Below are positions 49,865 through 59,997 of a stretch of DNA of 64,000 bases, one piece after another. Every line of letters begins with the position of its first letter. The stretch's first letter is position 1. The notes under the pieces were generated by a model, which was given only the letters and a program-made list of their open reading frames with translations, was not told where the DNA came from and did no database searches. The position numbers and the translations under genes are program-made. Origin of the DNA: Thermodesulfobacteriota bacterium (GTDB taxonomy: Bacteria > Desulfobacterota > Anaeroferrophillalia > Anaeroferrophillales > Tharpellaceae); NCBI GenBank assembly GCA_024763535.1, contig JANTFH010000006.1:7438-71437 (forward strand). Direction: 5' to 3'.

Positions 49865-52800
49865 TTATTTAATTTTTATCTCCACCTGCCGACCCCGGGC
49901 ACCATCCGCAACCGACGCCTCAGTCACCAGCTCCGGAGCCACCAGAAAAAGCCGCTTAGCCTCAAGCGGGCCTTTAGTCGACAGAAAACTCATGACTGTC
50001 TGAGCCCGATTTCTAGCCAGAGCCAGCAGTTCATCATCTCCCACCTTAACAAACTGCCGCAGGAGCCGTTCCTGCTCAGCCGGTTTGATCTTCTTCACTA
50101 ATAGAAGAATTTTCTCTTTTTCGATCGGCGCCGCCTTATATGCCTGCCAGAGATACTCCTTGAATTCATCCTTTTTGATAACCACATCGGTAATCGCCGA
50201 AGGCCGCTCTTTAGCCGACATATCCTTAAATTTCTGCGCCTTGAGAAGCTTCATGAAATGGGCCTCCTGCAGAGCCTGCCTATCACTTTCGGCACCCGCC
50301 CGACCGATAATATCAACCTTCAAACCCGGCCGGTCGTAAAGTACTCCCGCCAGCTTAGTCAGACGCTCTTCGGCACTCTTATCAAGTTCCGCCCGGCCCG
50401 CGGCAAAATTTACCTGATTAAGTTCTTCACCGCCGCCGGCCAGAGAACCGATAAGCGCAAAAGGTGAAGTTACCGCCTTGGTAATAAGGTTGATAAAAAC
50501 CTTGAAAACAACCCCGCCGAAACTGAATTTAGGATCATCCAGATCACCCGACACCGGAAGATTAAGATCAATCTCACCCTGCCGGTTACGCAGCAGGGAA
50601 ACCGCCAGTTTAACCGGCAGGCTGACCGCATCGGGGCTGTTGGTCGTGGAACCGAAATCAAACTGATCGATAAAGATAGCATTGCGGGCCAGCAAATGAT
50701 GATCTTCAATATGATAAGTCAAATCGAATGAAACCTTACCTTTACTGATCAAATGACCTATATATTTGCCGCTGTAGGGACTGGCCGAGGTTAACCCCAG
50801 GCCCTCCCCTTTAATTTTCATATCCGCAAAGAGAGACTCGCCCAGAGGATTAACCGCCCCCGAGATTGAAACCGGGGCCTGACGGTTCAAGCGGCCGGAA
50901 AGTTTAAGATCAGCCGGCTTCTCCCCTAGCGAGGTAAGGCCGGTAATCGAACCGTTAAGCTCATCAAAGCTAATTTCCACTGCCGGGGAGATGGAACGAT
51001 CGCGGAATGTAAGCGAGCTGTCATCCAAGACCAGCTCTTTAAGATCCAGACTCATAGACTTGCCCGTGGAGTTCTCCGCACTCTTTACTGGGCGGCGGCC
51101 GGCTTTATCAACAGCCGGAGCATCAGCTTTTTTGACGACTATCTTCTCAAGATTGGTGAGACCGTCAGGATCTTTGATAACCTTCACCTTAAGCCCCTTA
51201 CACACTACCTGTTTGAGTGCGAGAGCCGGAGGCTGAAAGTGATAGCTTACCCGGTTTAAAGCTAAATGCTGCAGACTCAGAATATCATCCGCCCGCCGGT
51301 TACCAACCGTCTTCAGGTTGTCTAAAGAGAGGTTGCCGGCAAAATCAATCCGATTGTCACCTTTTGCGCTCTTGATACGCAGATGCCCGCCGGTGGCAAA
51401 ATCGCCTCTGACTAAAACCAGATCAAGATATTCATCCAGATAGTTCTGGAGTAGCGGCAGGGGGAACTTCTTCAGATCGACATCAAGCTCAGCCTGCGGC
51501 GGATCGATGCCTGCCGTACCTTTAAGCCGGAGTTTTCCTTTTTTTGCCAGCCGCAGCCGCAGGTTAAGTTTCCCGGTTTCATTCCGGCCGGAGCCGAACT
51601 TGTCGATCCGCAGATTAACCCGGTCGGCATTCAAGAGAGCCGGCCCGGAAGGAACTTGATCTTTAAAGGTCAAGGCACAGTCGCTCAGGCTGCCCCGGTT
51701 CAGCATCAGATGCCATAGATTTTTGGCAGACGGCACCGACGCCGGGGTTTTGGTCTGCCCCTTGACGCTTGCCGCCGGCATCAGATCGGCAAGATTCAGG
51801 CTGCCGTCCGGACGCCGGGCAAGCTGTAGATGTCCTTTATCTCCTTTGAATGAACCGATCACACATTCGTGCCGGTCGAGGTCGATTACACTTTGAGATA
51901 TCTCAAAATGGGGCAGATCAAGGACTACAGTGCCGTCCGCTGTGCTCAGCTTACAATCATCAAGCTCGCAGCCCAGATTCTCAAACTGCATTCGGATATC
52001 ACCGGAAGCGGGCTTGGCAACCGCAACCTCACCTGCAAGACTTAAGTGACTGCCGGCAAACTTCCCGGCAAAGAAAGGTCGATAATAAGCGGCGTACTGC
52101 GGCAGCGGCAGATCCTTAAGAGCAAAATGAGTTTTTACATCTAAAGGCTCCAGAGCAAAATCTCCGTCCCCGGTAAAGGATTCGCCACGATCACTCTTAA
52201 ATTTGAGGCTGTAACGGGCCCGCTTGCCCGCAGCCGTGGTAAAATTTTCAAGTTCTAAATCGAGCGGATAAAAATGAGCGGAAAAAGCCGGATCAACCCG
52301 ACGGTCTAAAACCGTCAAAGCCCCCTCCTGCAGTTGCAGTTTAGCTAAACGAAAAACAATCCTGGACGCGGATTTTTTTTCAGTTTTCGGCGGAGCGGCG
52401 GCGGCCGCAGCCGCTTTCCGGCCATCGCTGCTGGCCGCAGCGATCAGCATCGGCAGGTAAAAAGCACCGTCCGGTTTATGCAGAAAATTAAACTCCGGCC
52501 GGCGGCAGACAACCTCATCAAGAAAAATCTCTCCCGCCAGAAGATTACCGGCCCCTAAAGTAACCACCAGTTCCGGAATCGAGATAAAACGATAATCGGA
52601 CTCTTCGTCCTTGCCGTTGATCACGAGCTCCTTAATCGTGGAGCGGCCGCTTAAGGTCAGCCGGGGTGACTGCCTGGGGGGCTGGATATACACCAGATCA
52701 AGAGTGGTACTCAGGAAACCCGAAGTTAAGGCAAAGTTACGTTTACCCGGCAGGTAGGAGAGGTAATAGGGCAGATCCAGTCTATCCAGATTAATCGCAA

Positions 52801-53503
52801 AATGAGTCTCAAGGCTCTGATCAAAAGGCAGAGTTTTACCTTTGGCATTTAACCGGGTACCGTTAACCACCGCAGAAAAAGAGGGTTCGACATTGGTTTT
52901 AACCAGGTGAGGCAGGTTTGAAATCTGCGGCAGGCTGATCGAGATTTCAGTAATTTTATGGGCCGTACTCCGGCAGTTATCGTCAATAACCAGCATCCCT
53001 TGCGTCAGGATGATGTTGTTCAGAGAAAAATGAAAAGCGGAAACTTTTTCTCTCTGATCTTTCTTCCCACTCTCCGGGGCGGTCAACAGTTCCAGGAGAT
53101 CAGAGAAATTATAGCTCAAATCAGAGTTCCGGGTCACTTTGCAATAAGGTCCCCGAATCTCCACTCGTTCAAGCACCAGGGCCCGGTTACGCAGTGAAAG
53201 GAAACCGGCACTGTCCAGCAGCAGATCATCAACCTTGAAAAAGATATTTTGATCGCGGCGGTCTTTAACTATAAAATCGTTAACCTTCAACTGCAGGGTA
53301 AAGGGGTTAAACTGAACCCCGGCAATCGTCACCGGCCGCTGTAAAAGATCGGGCAGGCGCTTTTCCGCCTGATTTTTAAGCACCCAGGGCAGCAGGAAGA
53401 AGCCACTTAAAGTATATATCAGCGACAACAACATCAGGATCAGCAGACCCACATGCCAACGACGCAACTTTGAACTTTTTTTCACCCTCTCTGTTTCGCT
53501 CAT
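49865..53503 (-). CDS. Giant AsmA/TamB-like envelope protein (N-terminal membrane anchor, DUF748-like)
   Basis: 1212 aa. N-terminal TM (HVGLLILMLLSLIY). Long predicted beta-rich body. Confidence 0.55.
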   Translation of the reverse strand: MSETERVKKSSKLRRWHVGLLILMLLSLIYTLSGFFLLPWVLKNQAEKRLPDLLQRPVTIAGVQFNPFTLQLKVNDFIVKDRRDQNIFFKVDDLLLDSAGFLSLRNRALVLERVEIRGPYCKVTRNSDLSYNFSDLLELLTAPESGKKDQREKVSAFHFSLNNIILTQGMLVIDDNCRSTAHKITEISISLPQISNLPHLVKTNVEPSFSAVVNGTRLNAKGKTLPFDQSLETHFAINLDRLDLPYYLSYLPGKRNFALTSGFLSTTLDLVYIQPPRQSPRLTLSGRSTIKELVINGKDEESDYRFISIPELVVTLGAGNLLAGEIFLDEVVCRRPEFNFLHKPDGAFYLPMLIAAASSDGRKAAAAAAAPPKTEKKSASRIVFRLAKLQLQEGALTVLDRRVDPAFSAHFYPLDLELENFTTAAGKRARYSLKFKSDRGESFTGDGDFALEPLDVKTHFALKDLPLPQYAAYYRPFFAGKFAGSHLSLAGEVAVAKPASGDIRMQFENLGCELDDCKLSTADGTVVLDLPHFEISQSVIDLDRHECVIGSFKGDKGHLQLARRPDGSLNLADLMPAASVKGQTKTPASVPSAKNLWHLMLNRGSLSDCALTFKDQVPSGPALLNADRVNLRIDKFGSGRNETGKLNLRLRLAKKGKLRLKGTAGIDPPQAELDVDLKKFPLPLLQNYLDEYLDLVLVRGDFATGGHLRIKSAKGDNRIDFAGNLSLDNLKTVGNRRADDILSLQHLALNRVSYHFQPPALALKQVVCKGLKVKVIKDPDGLTNLEKIVVKKADAPAVDKAGRRPVKSAENSTGKSMSLDLKELVLDDSSLTFRDRSISPAVEISFDELNGSITGLTSLGEKPADLKLSGRLNRQAPVSISGAVNPLGESLFADMKIKGEGLGLTSASPYSGKYIGHLISKGKVSFDLTYHIEDHHLLARNAIFIDQFDFGSTTNSPDAVSLPVKLAVSLLRNRQGEIDLNLPVSGDLDDPKFSFGGVVFKVFINLITKAVTSPFALIGSLAGGGEELNQVNFAAGRAELDKSAEERLTKLAGVLYDRPGLKVDIIGRAGAESDRQALQEAHFMKLLKAQKFKDMSAKERPSAITDVVIKKDEFKEYLWQAYKAAPIEKEKILLLVKKIKPAEQERLLRQFVKVGDDELLALARNRAQTVMSFLSTKGPLEAKRLFLVAPELVTEASVADGARGRQVEIKIK

Positions 53504-53798
53504 GGGATTTTTCTATGCCTATCTTTCAGACTGAGGTTCGCCTCTCTTATTTATTTATTGCAAACTGCGGCCCTGAACCACAGGGCCTATTATTATGACA
53601 CAAAAACCATCTCCTTTCCACCATTAATATCCCGATAAAACCTACCCCCTTTCACACGCAAAAATAAGTTGCTATCTTTACCACATCCATCTATACCTCT
53701 AAGTGGCACCGGAATATACCGCCAACCTTGAAAGGACAAGACAAAGGTATCTTGAAATATCGTGATTTTTCGGCATCCCCCCGGGGTTACACACTGAG

Positions 53799-55298
53799 AT
53801 GATAAAGAAATTTGTTGCCGGCCTGTCGGTCTTAAACTATCTCGGCTCTCTGCTGTTCATATTCGGTTTCCTGATAATGCTTCCGGCCCTGATTCATCTT
53901 ATCTTTCCCGGGCCCGGAATTTCAGTCCGGATTATTTCGGCCTTCGTCGGACCGGGCCTGCTGCTGATCTCAGGCAGCCTGCTTCTGACCCGAAGATTGC
54001 CGACCAAGGTTCCCGATATCCTGGAGAGCATGATTATCACGGCTCTGGCCTGGATGATAGTCTCTCTGGTCAGCGCGGTGCCGATATTTATAATCCTTAA
54101 ACACTCTTTTATCGATGCTCTCTTTGAAGCGACCAGCGGCATTACGGCTTCGGGGCTGACGGTTTTTACCGGACTCGACCAGATGCCGCCGGCGCTTCTT
54201 TTCTGGCGCTCTTTCATGCAGTGGATCGGCGGCATCGGAATTCTGACCTTTTTCCTTGCCGTCAGTTTCCGGGGCGGCAGTGCCGCGGCTATCCTCTTTA
54301 ATGCCGAGAGTCACAAAATCAACAGTAGCCGGCCGGTACCCGGAATCTTCAACACGGTCAAAATTATCTGGGCGATCTACGGCTGCATGACGATATCCGC
54401 CTTTTTCCTGCTCTACCTTGAGGGCATGACCCTGTTTGATGCGATCAACCACACCTTGACTCTGGTCTCCACCGGCGGCTTCTCAACCCACGACGCCTCA
54501 ATCTCATACTTCAGCGGCTTCAGACACGGAATTTTGATCGAATACACGATGATAATCTTCATGCTCATGGGCGGCACCAACTTTCTTCTCCATTACAAAG
54601 TGGCCACCGGCAACTGGCGCGCGCTCTACCGGGATTTTGAGATGCGCCTCTTCTGGGCCCTGATTATCGGCGCGGTTCTAATTATTGGAGTTGATATCTA
54701 TATCGCTGTGGGAGAAAAATTTTTATCTTCGTGGACCAACTTCCACCTCCACTTTCGCACGGCCCTCTTTCAGACGGTCTCGGTCATCACCAGCACCGGC
54801 TATACTACCCGGCACCTGAACGACCCCTACTACCCGGCCCTGGCCAAACAGGTTTTTCTGCTGCTGATGTTTATCGGCGGCTGTATCGGTTCAACCGCGG
54901 GCGGCTTCAAGGTATTGCGTTTAGGCATACTCTGGCAGACTCTGGTCAGTGAATTAAAGCAGCTTTCACTCTCGCCCAATGCCGTAATTCCCCTGGTTAT
55001 CCAGAAGAAGATTATCTCTCCGCACGAGATAAAACGGATCTGCGCTCTGCTTTTTGCCTGGATTTCCCTGATCTGGGCAGGCACGGCCCTGACTCTCTCC
55101 TGCACTGATCTTAACGGCAATCAGGCTCTCTCCGGCATGCTCTCCGCGGTCAGCAATATGGGGCCATTTTTTTTCTCAACCCCGGAGCTGGCCGCCTTTC
55201 CCGCCGTCGTTAAAACCTGCTATATTTTCGGCATGCTGGCCGGCCGCCTGGAGGTGCTGCCGATCTTTCTCCTTTTCGCCCGTTTGATCCGGAGATAG
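53799..55298 (+). CDS. trkH: TrkH/KtrB-family K+ transporter subunit
   Basis: 499 aa. Repeated M1-P-M2 units with Gly filters (TASGLT, TGGFS, TGYT, GGCIGSTAGG). Confidence 0.85.
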   Translation: MIKKFVAGLSVLNYLGSLLFIFGFLIMLPALIHLIFPGPGISVRIISAFVGPGLLLISGSLLLTRRLPTKVPDILESMIITALAWMIVSLVSAVPIFIILKHSFIDALFEATSGITASGLTVFTGLDQMPPALLFWRSFMQWIGGIGILTFFLAVSFRGGSAAAILFNAESHKINSSRPVPGIFNTVKIIWAIYGCMTISAFFLLYLEGMTLFDAINHTLTLVSTGGFSTHDASISYFSGFRHGILIEYTMIIFMLMGGTNFLLHYKVATGNWRALYRDFEMRLFWALIIGAVLIIGVDIYIAVGEKFLSSWTNFHLHFRTALFQTVSVITSTGYTTRHLNDPYYPALAKQVFLLLMFIGGCIGSTAGGFKVLRLGILWQTLVSELKQLSLSPNAVIPLVIQKKIISPHEIKRICALLFAWISLIWAGTALTLSCTDLNGNQALSGMLSAVSNMGPFFFSTPELAAFPAVVKTCYIFGMLAGRLEVLPIFLLFARLIRR

Positions 55299-55368
55299 TG
55301 GCCCTGGTCTTAAACGACAGATAGAATGAAGCAAAAAAATTAAACCTTCAGAACAAAAGGAGATTATC

Positions 55369-56037
55369 ATGTATGCAGTAATCGCCGGGGGCGGTATCGG
55401 CGGCTCCCATGTCGGCCAGATGCTGGCCAATCGCAAGGATGATGTTGTCATTATCGACCACGATCAGGCCCGTTGTGAAAAACTTTATGCTGAAACCGGA
55501 ATTATCTCGATTAACGGTGAGGCCACCGATATTCTGACGCTGAAGGAGGCCGGCATCGAAAGGGCCGATGTCGCCATCGCCACCCTCTACAAGGATATCG
55601 ATAATCTGGCCTTTTCTCTGCTGGCCCACAGTTTTGGGGTTTCCAAGATAATGGCCAAGATGCGCCACCCGGATTATGCCGAAGCCTACCGTTTCGCCGG
55701 AGTTACCACCATCTGTAATATGATCGAACTTTTTCAGAATAAGATTATCATGGAACTTGAAAACCCGGATATCCAGATAATCTCCCAGATCAAGCTCGAC
55801 ACCCTTCTGGTTATGGTCAAATATCCGGAAAACCGCCATATCGAAGGCATCAGTATCAGCGAACTTTCTCAGCAGAAGGCCTTTTCCCGGGATTGCGTTT
55901 TTGCCGGGGTACTCCATGAAGACACGGAAAAGATCACCATGCCCAGAGGCGATGATCTGGTTTTCCCCGGAGACCGGCTCTTTCTCGTGATCAACAGCCG
56001 TCGGGTTGCGGGGATATCTCATTTTCTGAAAAAGTAG
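55369..56037 (+). CDS. trkA: TrkA/KtrA K+-uptake regulatory subunit (RCK_N + RCK_C)
   Basis: 222 aa. Rossmann AGGGIGG. C-terminal TrkA_C. Confidence 0.8.
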   Translation: MYAVIAGGGIGGSHVGQMLANRKDDVVIIDHDQARCEKLYAETGIISINGEATDILTLKEAGIERADVAIATLYKDIDNLAFSLLAHSFGVSKIMAKMRHPDYAEAYRFAGVTTICNMIELFQNKIIMELENPDIQIISQIKLDTLLVMVKYPENRHIEGISISELSQQKAFSRDCVFAGVLHEDTEKITMPRGDDLVFPGDRLFLVINSRRVAGISHFLKK

Positions 56038-56338
56038 AACTTCCTGGCAAACCGGCCCCCAGGCTGCCGGCAATCTCCGAAATTTTCCCGGGCACCCAAG
56101 GCTTGCGATTTCCCGGAACCGCAAGTAGCAACCCTGAAAAATTGTATCTTTTCGCGACATTCTCCTTGCAATTTATTTTTATTTAGAGTATAGGCCGCGT
56201 GCTTCTCCGCTTTGACCTTAGTAATAAGGTTAGGAAAAGGCCCGGCTGGTGGTGATCTCTTCAGGCCGGCACACCATATTCCTTTTTAGTTATTTTTTTA
56301 GTAACGAATAACAGATTAAACAGATTATGGTTCCCAAG

Positions 56339-56379
56339 ATCGCCCGCATTCACTGATAGCGATTGCGGGCGCGTTTTTA
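56339..56379 (+). terminator. Rho-independent terminator in the middle of the 437-bp trkA / EF-G intergenic region
   Basis: CGCCCGCA...TGCGGGCG stem followed by TTTTTA; about 95 nt upstream of the EF-G start. Confidence 0.5.
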
Positions 56380-56474
56380 TTGTTCAATGTATTACGACAT
56401 AAAAAAGCATTACGTTTTCGAGCGGCCGACAAATAATCAGCGGCCCACAACATGAAGTGTCAAAGGTGAAAAAG

Positions 56475-58565
56475 ATGAGCAAGGAATTAAGCAAGGTACG
56501 TAATATCGGGATCAGCGCCCACATTGACTCGGGCAAGACCACTCTGACTGAAAGAATTCTGTTTTACACCAACAAGATTCACGCGATCCACGATGTTAAA
56601 GGTAAAGACGGCGTCGGAGCCGTTATGGACTCGATGGAGCTCGAAAAAGAGCGCGGCATTACAATCGCTTCCGCGGCGACCTTCTGCGAGTGGAATGATC
56701 ATGCCATCAATATAATCGACACCCCGGGCCACGTCGATTTCACGATTGAAGTCGAACGCTCTCTCCGGGTGCTTGACGGAGCTATCCTGGTTCTCTGTTC
56801 GGTCGGCGGGGTTCAGTCTCAGTCGATTACCGTTGACCAGCAGATGAAACGCTACAAGGTTCCCTGCATAGCTTTTGTCAATAAATGTGACCGCAGCGGT
56901 GCCAATCCGGAAAGGGTTGTCAGCCAGCTTAAGGAGAAACTCGGTCATAATGCTATAGCCATGCAGCTGCCTATCGGCCTCGAAGCGGCTCATGAAGGAG
57001 TGGTTGACCTGGTAACTATGGAAGCTCTCTATTTCGACGGTGAGAATGGAGAAATTATCAGACGCGAAGAGATTCCGGCCGAGCTTCAGGAAAAAGCGGA
57101 AGAGAGACGGGAAGAGCTGATTGAAATGGCCTCCAATTATTGCGATGATCTCGCCGAAGCCTTCCTCGAGGAGCAGGAGATCAGCCCCGATATGATTTTG
57201 CAGGCGATGCGTAAAGGAGTGCTGAAACGGGAGGTCACCCCGGTCTACATTGGTTCAGCCTATAAGAACAAAGGGGTGCAGCCGCTGATGGATGCGGCCA
57301 CCCAGCTGCTGCCCGACCCCTCGGAAGTTACCAACATCGCCCTTGATCTGGATCGGGATGAAGCTGAAGTCGTACTCAGCAGCAGTTCAGAAGATCCCAC
57401 CGTAGCCCTCGCCTTCAAACTTGAAGACGGTCAGTACGGACAGCTCACCTACATCCGGGTCTACCAGGGAGTTCTCGCCAAAGGCGACACCCTGATTAAC
57501 ACCCGCAGCGGGAAAAAGATAAAAATCGGCCGCCTGGTGCAGATGCACTCCAACCAGATGGAGGATATCAATGAGATCTCGGCCGGCTATATCGGTGCCC
57601 TGTTCGGTATCGACTGCGCCTCCGGCGACACCTTTGCCGATCCCAAGCTCAATTACTCGATGACCTCGATGTTCGTTCCCAATCCGGTCATCTCTTTGGC
57701 TCTTGTTCCGAAAGACAACAAGTCTCAAATCAATATGTCCAAGGCCTTGAACCGCTTCTCGAAAGAGGATCCGACCTTCAGGACTTACGTTGATGAAGAG
57801 ACCAACGAAACCATTATTGAGGGCATGGGTGAACTTCACCTTGAGGTCTACGTTGAACGTATGCAGCGTGAATACAATGCTGAAGTAAACACCGGCCAGC
57901 CCCGGGTCGCCTACCGTGAAACCATCACCAAACGGGCCGACTTTAACTACACCCACAAAAAACAGACGGGTGGTTCCGGTCAATACGGCCGCGTCGCTGG
58001 TTATATCGAGCCTTTTGCCGACGGTGAATTTGAGTTCATCAACAAGATTACCGGCGGAGCGATTCCAACCCAGTTTATCTCCTCCTGCGAGAAAGGCTTC
58101 AAAGCCAGTCTGGCCAAAGGGGCGCTTATGGAATTTCCAGTAACCGGCATCCGGGTCGAGATCAACGACGGGGCCTCACATGCCGTCGACTCCTCGGAGA
58201 TGGCCTTCCAGGCGGCCGCCCGCGGCGCTTTCATAGACGCCTACAAGAGAGCAAAACCGGTTATTCATGAACCGATCATGAAGGTTGTCATTGAGACTCC
58301 GACTGAGTTTCAGGGCACCGTCATGGGCACCATCAACCAGCGCCGGGGCACGATCCTCGGCGCCCAGGAAGAGGGCCCTATGTGCGTAGTCGAGTGTCAG
58401 GTACCCCTGGCTGAAATGTTCGGCTATTCCACCGTTCTCCGCTCCAGCACTCAGGGCAAGGCCCAGTTCACCATGGAGTTTGCCAACTACAAGCAGGTAC
58501 CGCAAAGTATTACGGAAGAGTTGCAGAAGAAGAGAGACGAAGAGGCCAAGAAAGGCGCGGCTTAA
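56475..58565 (+). CDS. Elongation factor G paralog of the mitochondrial/spd type (spdEFG1-like)
   Basis: G1 region [24 protein letters not shown] is typical of mtEF-G1/spdEFG1. Full EF-G domain set. Start moved to [13 protein letters not shown]. Confidence 0.85.
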   Translation: MSKELSKVRNIGISAHIDSGKTTLTERILFYTNKIHAIHDVKGKDGVGAVMDSMELEKERGITIASAATFCEWNDHAINIIDTPGHVDFTIEVERSLRVLDGAILVLCSVGGVQSQSITVDQQMKRYKVPCIAFVNKCDRSGANPERVVSQLKEKLGHNAIAMQLPIGLEAAHEGVVDLVTMEALYFDGENGEIIRREEIPAELQEKAEERREELIEMASNYCDDLAEAFLEEQEISPDMILQAMRKGVLKREVTPVYIGSAYKNKGVQPLMDAATQLLPDPSEVTNIALDLDRDEAEVVLSSSSEDPTVALAFKLEDGQYGQLTYIRVYQGVLAKGDTLINTRSGKKIKIGRLVQMHSNQMEDINEISAGYIGALFGIDCASGDTFADPKLNYSMTSMFVPNPVISLALVPKDNKSQINMSKALNRFSKEDPTFRTYVDEETNETIIEGMGELHLEVYVERMQREYNAEVNTGQPRVAYRETITKRADFNYTHKKQTGGSGQYGRVAGYIEPFADGEFEFINKITGGAIPTQFISSCEKGFKASLAKGALMEFPVTGIRVEINDGASHAVDSSEMAFQAAARGAFIDAYKRAKPVIHEPIMKVVIETPTEFQGTVMGTINQRRGTILGAQEEGPMCVVECQVPLAEMFGYSTVLRSSTQGKAQFTMEFANYKQVPQSITEELQKKRDEEAKKGAA

Positions 58566-58621
58566 TGAGCACACCAATTTCCAGTGCCCGGGTAATCTAC
58601 CTTAGAGAAAGGAGCTTTACT

Positions 58622-59317
58622 ATGTTAAAAAAAGATTTGATGATGCGCAACCCCTTAAGAGCGGTCAGCGATGCAAATGGTTATATCCTGCCGGAAGGTG
58701 GCCTCGGGGCGGTTGTCGCCCGCGCCGGTGTCGGGAAAACAGCCCTTTTAGTACAGCTGTCATTAAACAGTCTGCTCAAAGGTGACAACGCCCTGCATAT
58801 CAGTTTAGGCGATCCAGTTCGCAAGGTCAGCCTCTGGTATCGTGAGGTATTCAATAATATCGGCACCCACTACAAGATTGACAAAATTGATGATCTCTGG
58901 AATGAGCTGCTGCCGCAACGGTTCATCATGACCTTCAATATTGACGGTTTCAGTGTGCCGCGTCTGGATGAACGCCTGACTGAACTTGCCGACCAGGACA
59001 TATTCCATCCTCAGATGATTCTTATCGACGGCCTGCCATTCAATGAGCAGCTCAAACGCACCGACCTGCACGCCTTGAAGGATCTCTCGGAAAAATTCAA
59101 CTCCCACATCTGGTTCACGGTCCGCAGCCATCGTCATGAAGAGCCGGATGCCGAAGGCCTGCCGATCCAGATCAGCGAATATGCCGATCTCCTTGATGTT
59201 GCCATCAAACTTGAGCCCGAAGACAACGAGATCAGGCTTAACGTCTTGAAAGGCAGCGGCTCGATCTCCACCCAGGATCTCTCTCTCGATCCGGCAACCA
59301 TGCTGATCAAAGAATAG
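58622..59317 (+). CDS. Single-domain RecA-superfamily ATPase (KaiC/RadA/GvpD-like, COG0467-type)
   Basis: Walker A ARAGVGKT. Walker B QMILIDGL. Strong AAAGGAG SD before the ATG at 58622. 56 nt after EF-G, with no intervening terminator. Confidence 0.6.
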   Translation: MLKKDLMMRNPLRAVSDANGYILPEGGLGAVVARAGVGKTALLVQLSLNSLLKGDNALHISLGDPVRKVSLWYREVFNNIGTHYKIDKIDDLWNELLPQRFIMTFNIDGFSVPRLDERLTELADQDIFHPQMILIDGLPFNEQLKRTDLHALKDLSEKFNSHIWFTVRSHRHEEPDAEGLPIQISEYADLLDVAIKLEPEDNEIRLNVLKGSGSISTQDLSLDPATMLIKE

Positions 59318-59345
59318 GAACCTACAAGACAAGCATTAGAATTAA

Positions 59346-59382
59346 AAGGCGGGATGAGATTTTCATTATCCCGCCTTTTTTC
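59346..59382 (+). terminator. Rho-independent terminator after the KaiC-like gene (GGCGGGAT...ATCCCGCC followed by T7)
   Basis: Seen directly in the sequence. Confidence 0.65.
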
Positions 59383-59997
59383 AAGCCATCACATTGCAAC
59401 TCTTTTTAGTTTCTCCACTCCAGCAAACATCCATAATAAGTCAAGCCTGCCCCATTCATTGCACTTTTACTGCTCTCCGGCCCAACATCAAGTGGAGTCT
59501 GGCAATCGGGGTTTAAGTGCCAAAGGTCCACTCCCAAGCCAGGCTTCGCAATACTGCTCATGGCCCCCGCTTTGATAATCAGCAATGAATTAAATACTAC
59601 CCAGTGTCACATCTGGTTCTGTATCTGGCAAAACATAAACCGAGCCACAGATACCATCAATCGAAATCTCATCGTCTAAACCATGATCATTATAATAATT
59701 GCTGATAAAATCATTCAAAATATGAGATTGCCATCGGTTTAATTGTTCAAATAAATTCCGTCGTTCCCATTTGATTCACAGTGATTACAGCAAATGCTGT
59801 AACTATCAATGTGATCTCCATATATTCCTGAAAAGAATGAGTTAATGTCTTTTCCATTTCTGTTCCTCAATTTTTTTCAAGCCAACAAAGTAATTGACAC
59901 AATAAATATAGTTATATTACAGTATTTTTAATAAAAACATGGTAACAACTACATCATATCCTGGATTCTCCTGTAATATTTGAGGTTCAAGCCCCCC

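Noticed and set aside
55348-56160. 270-aa minus-strand ORF
   Set aside because: Antisense to trkA, which has a Rossmann motif and an SD. Shadow ORF.
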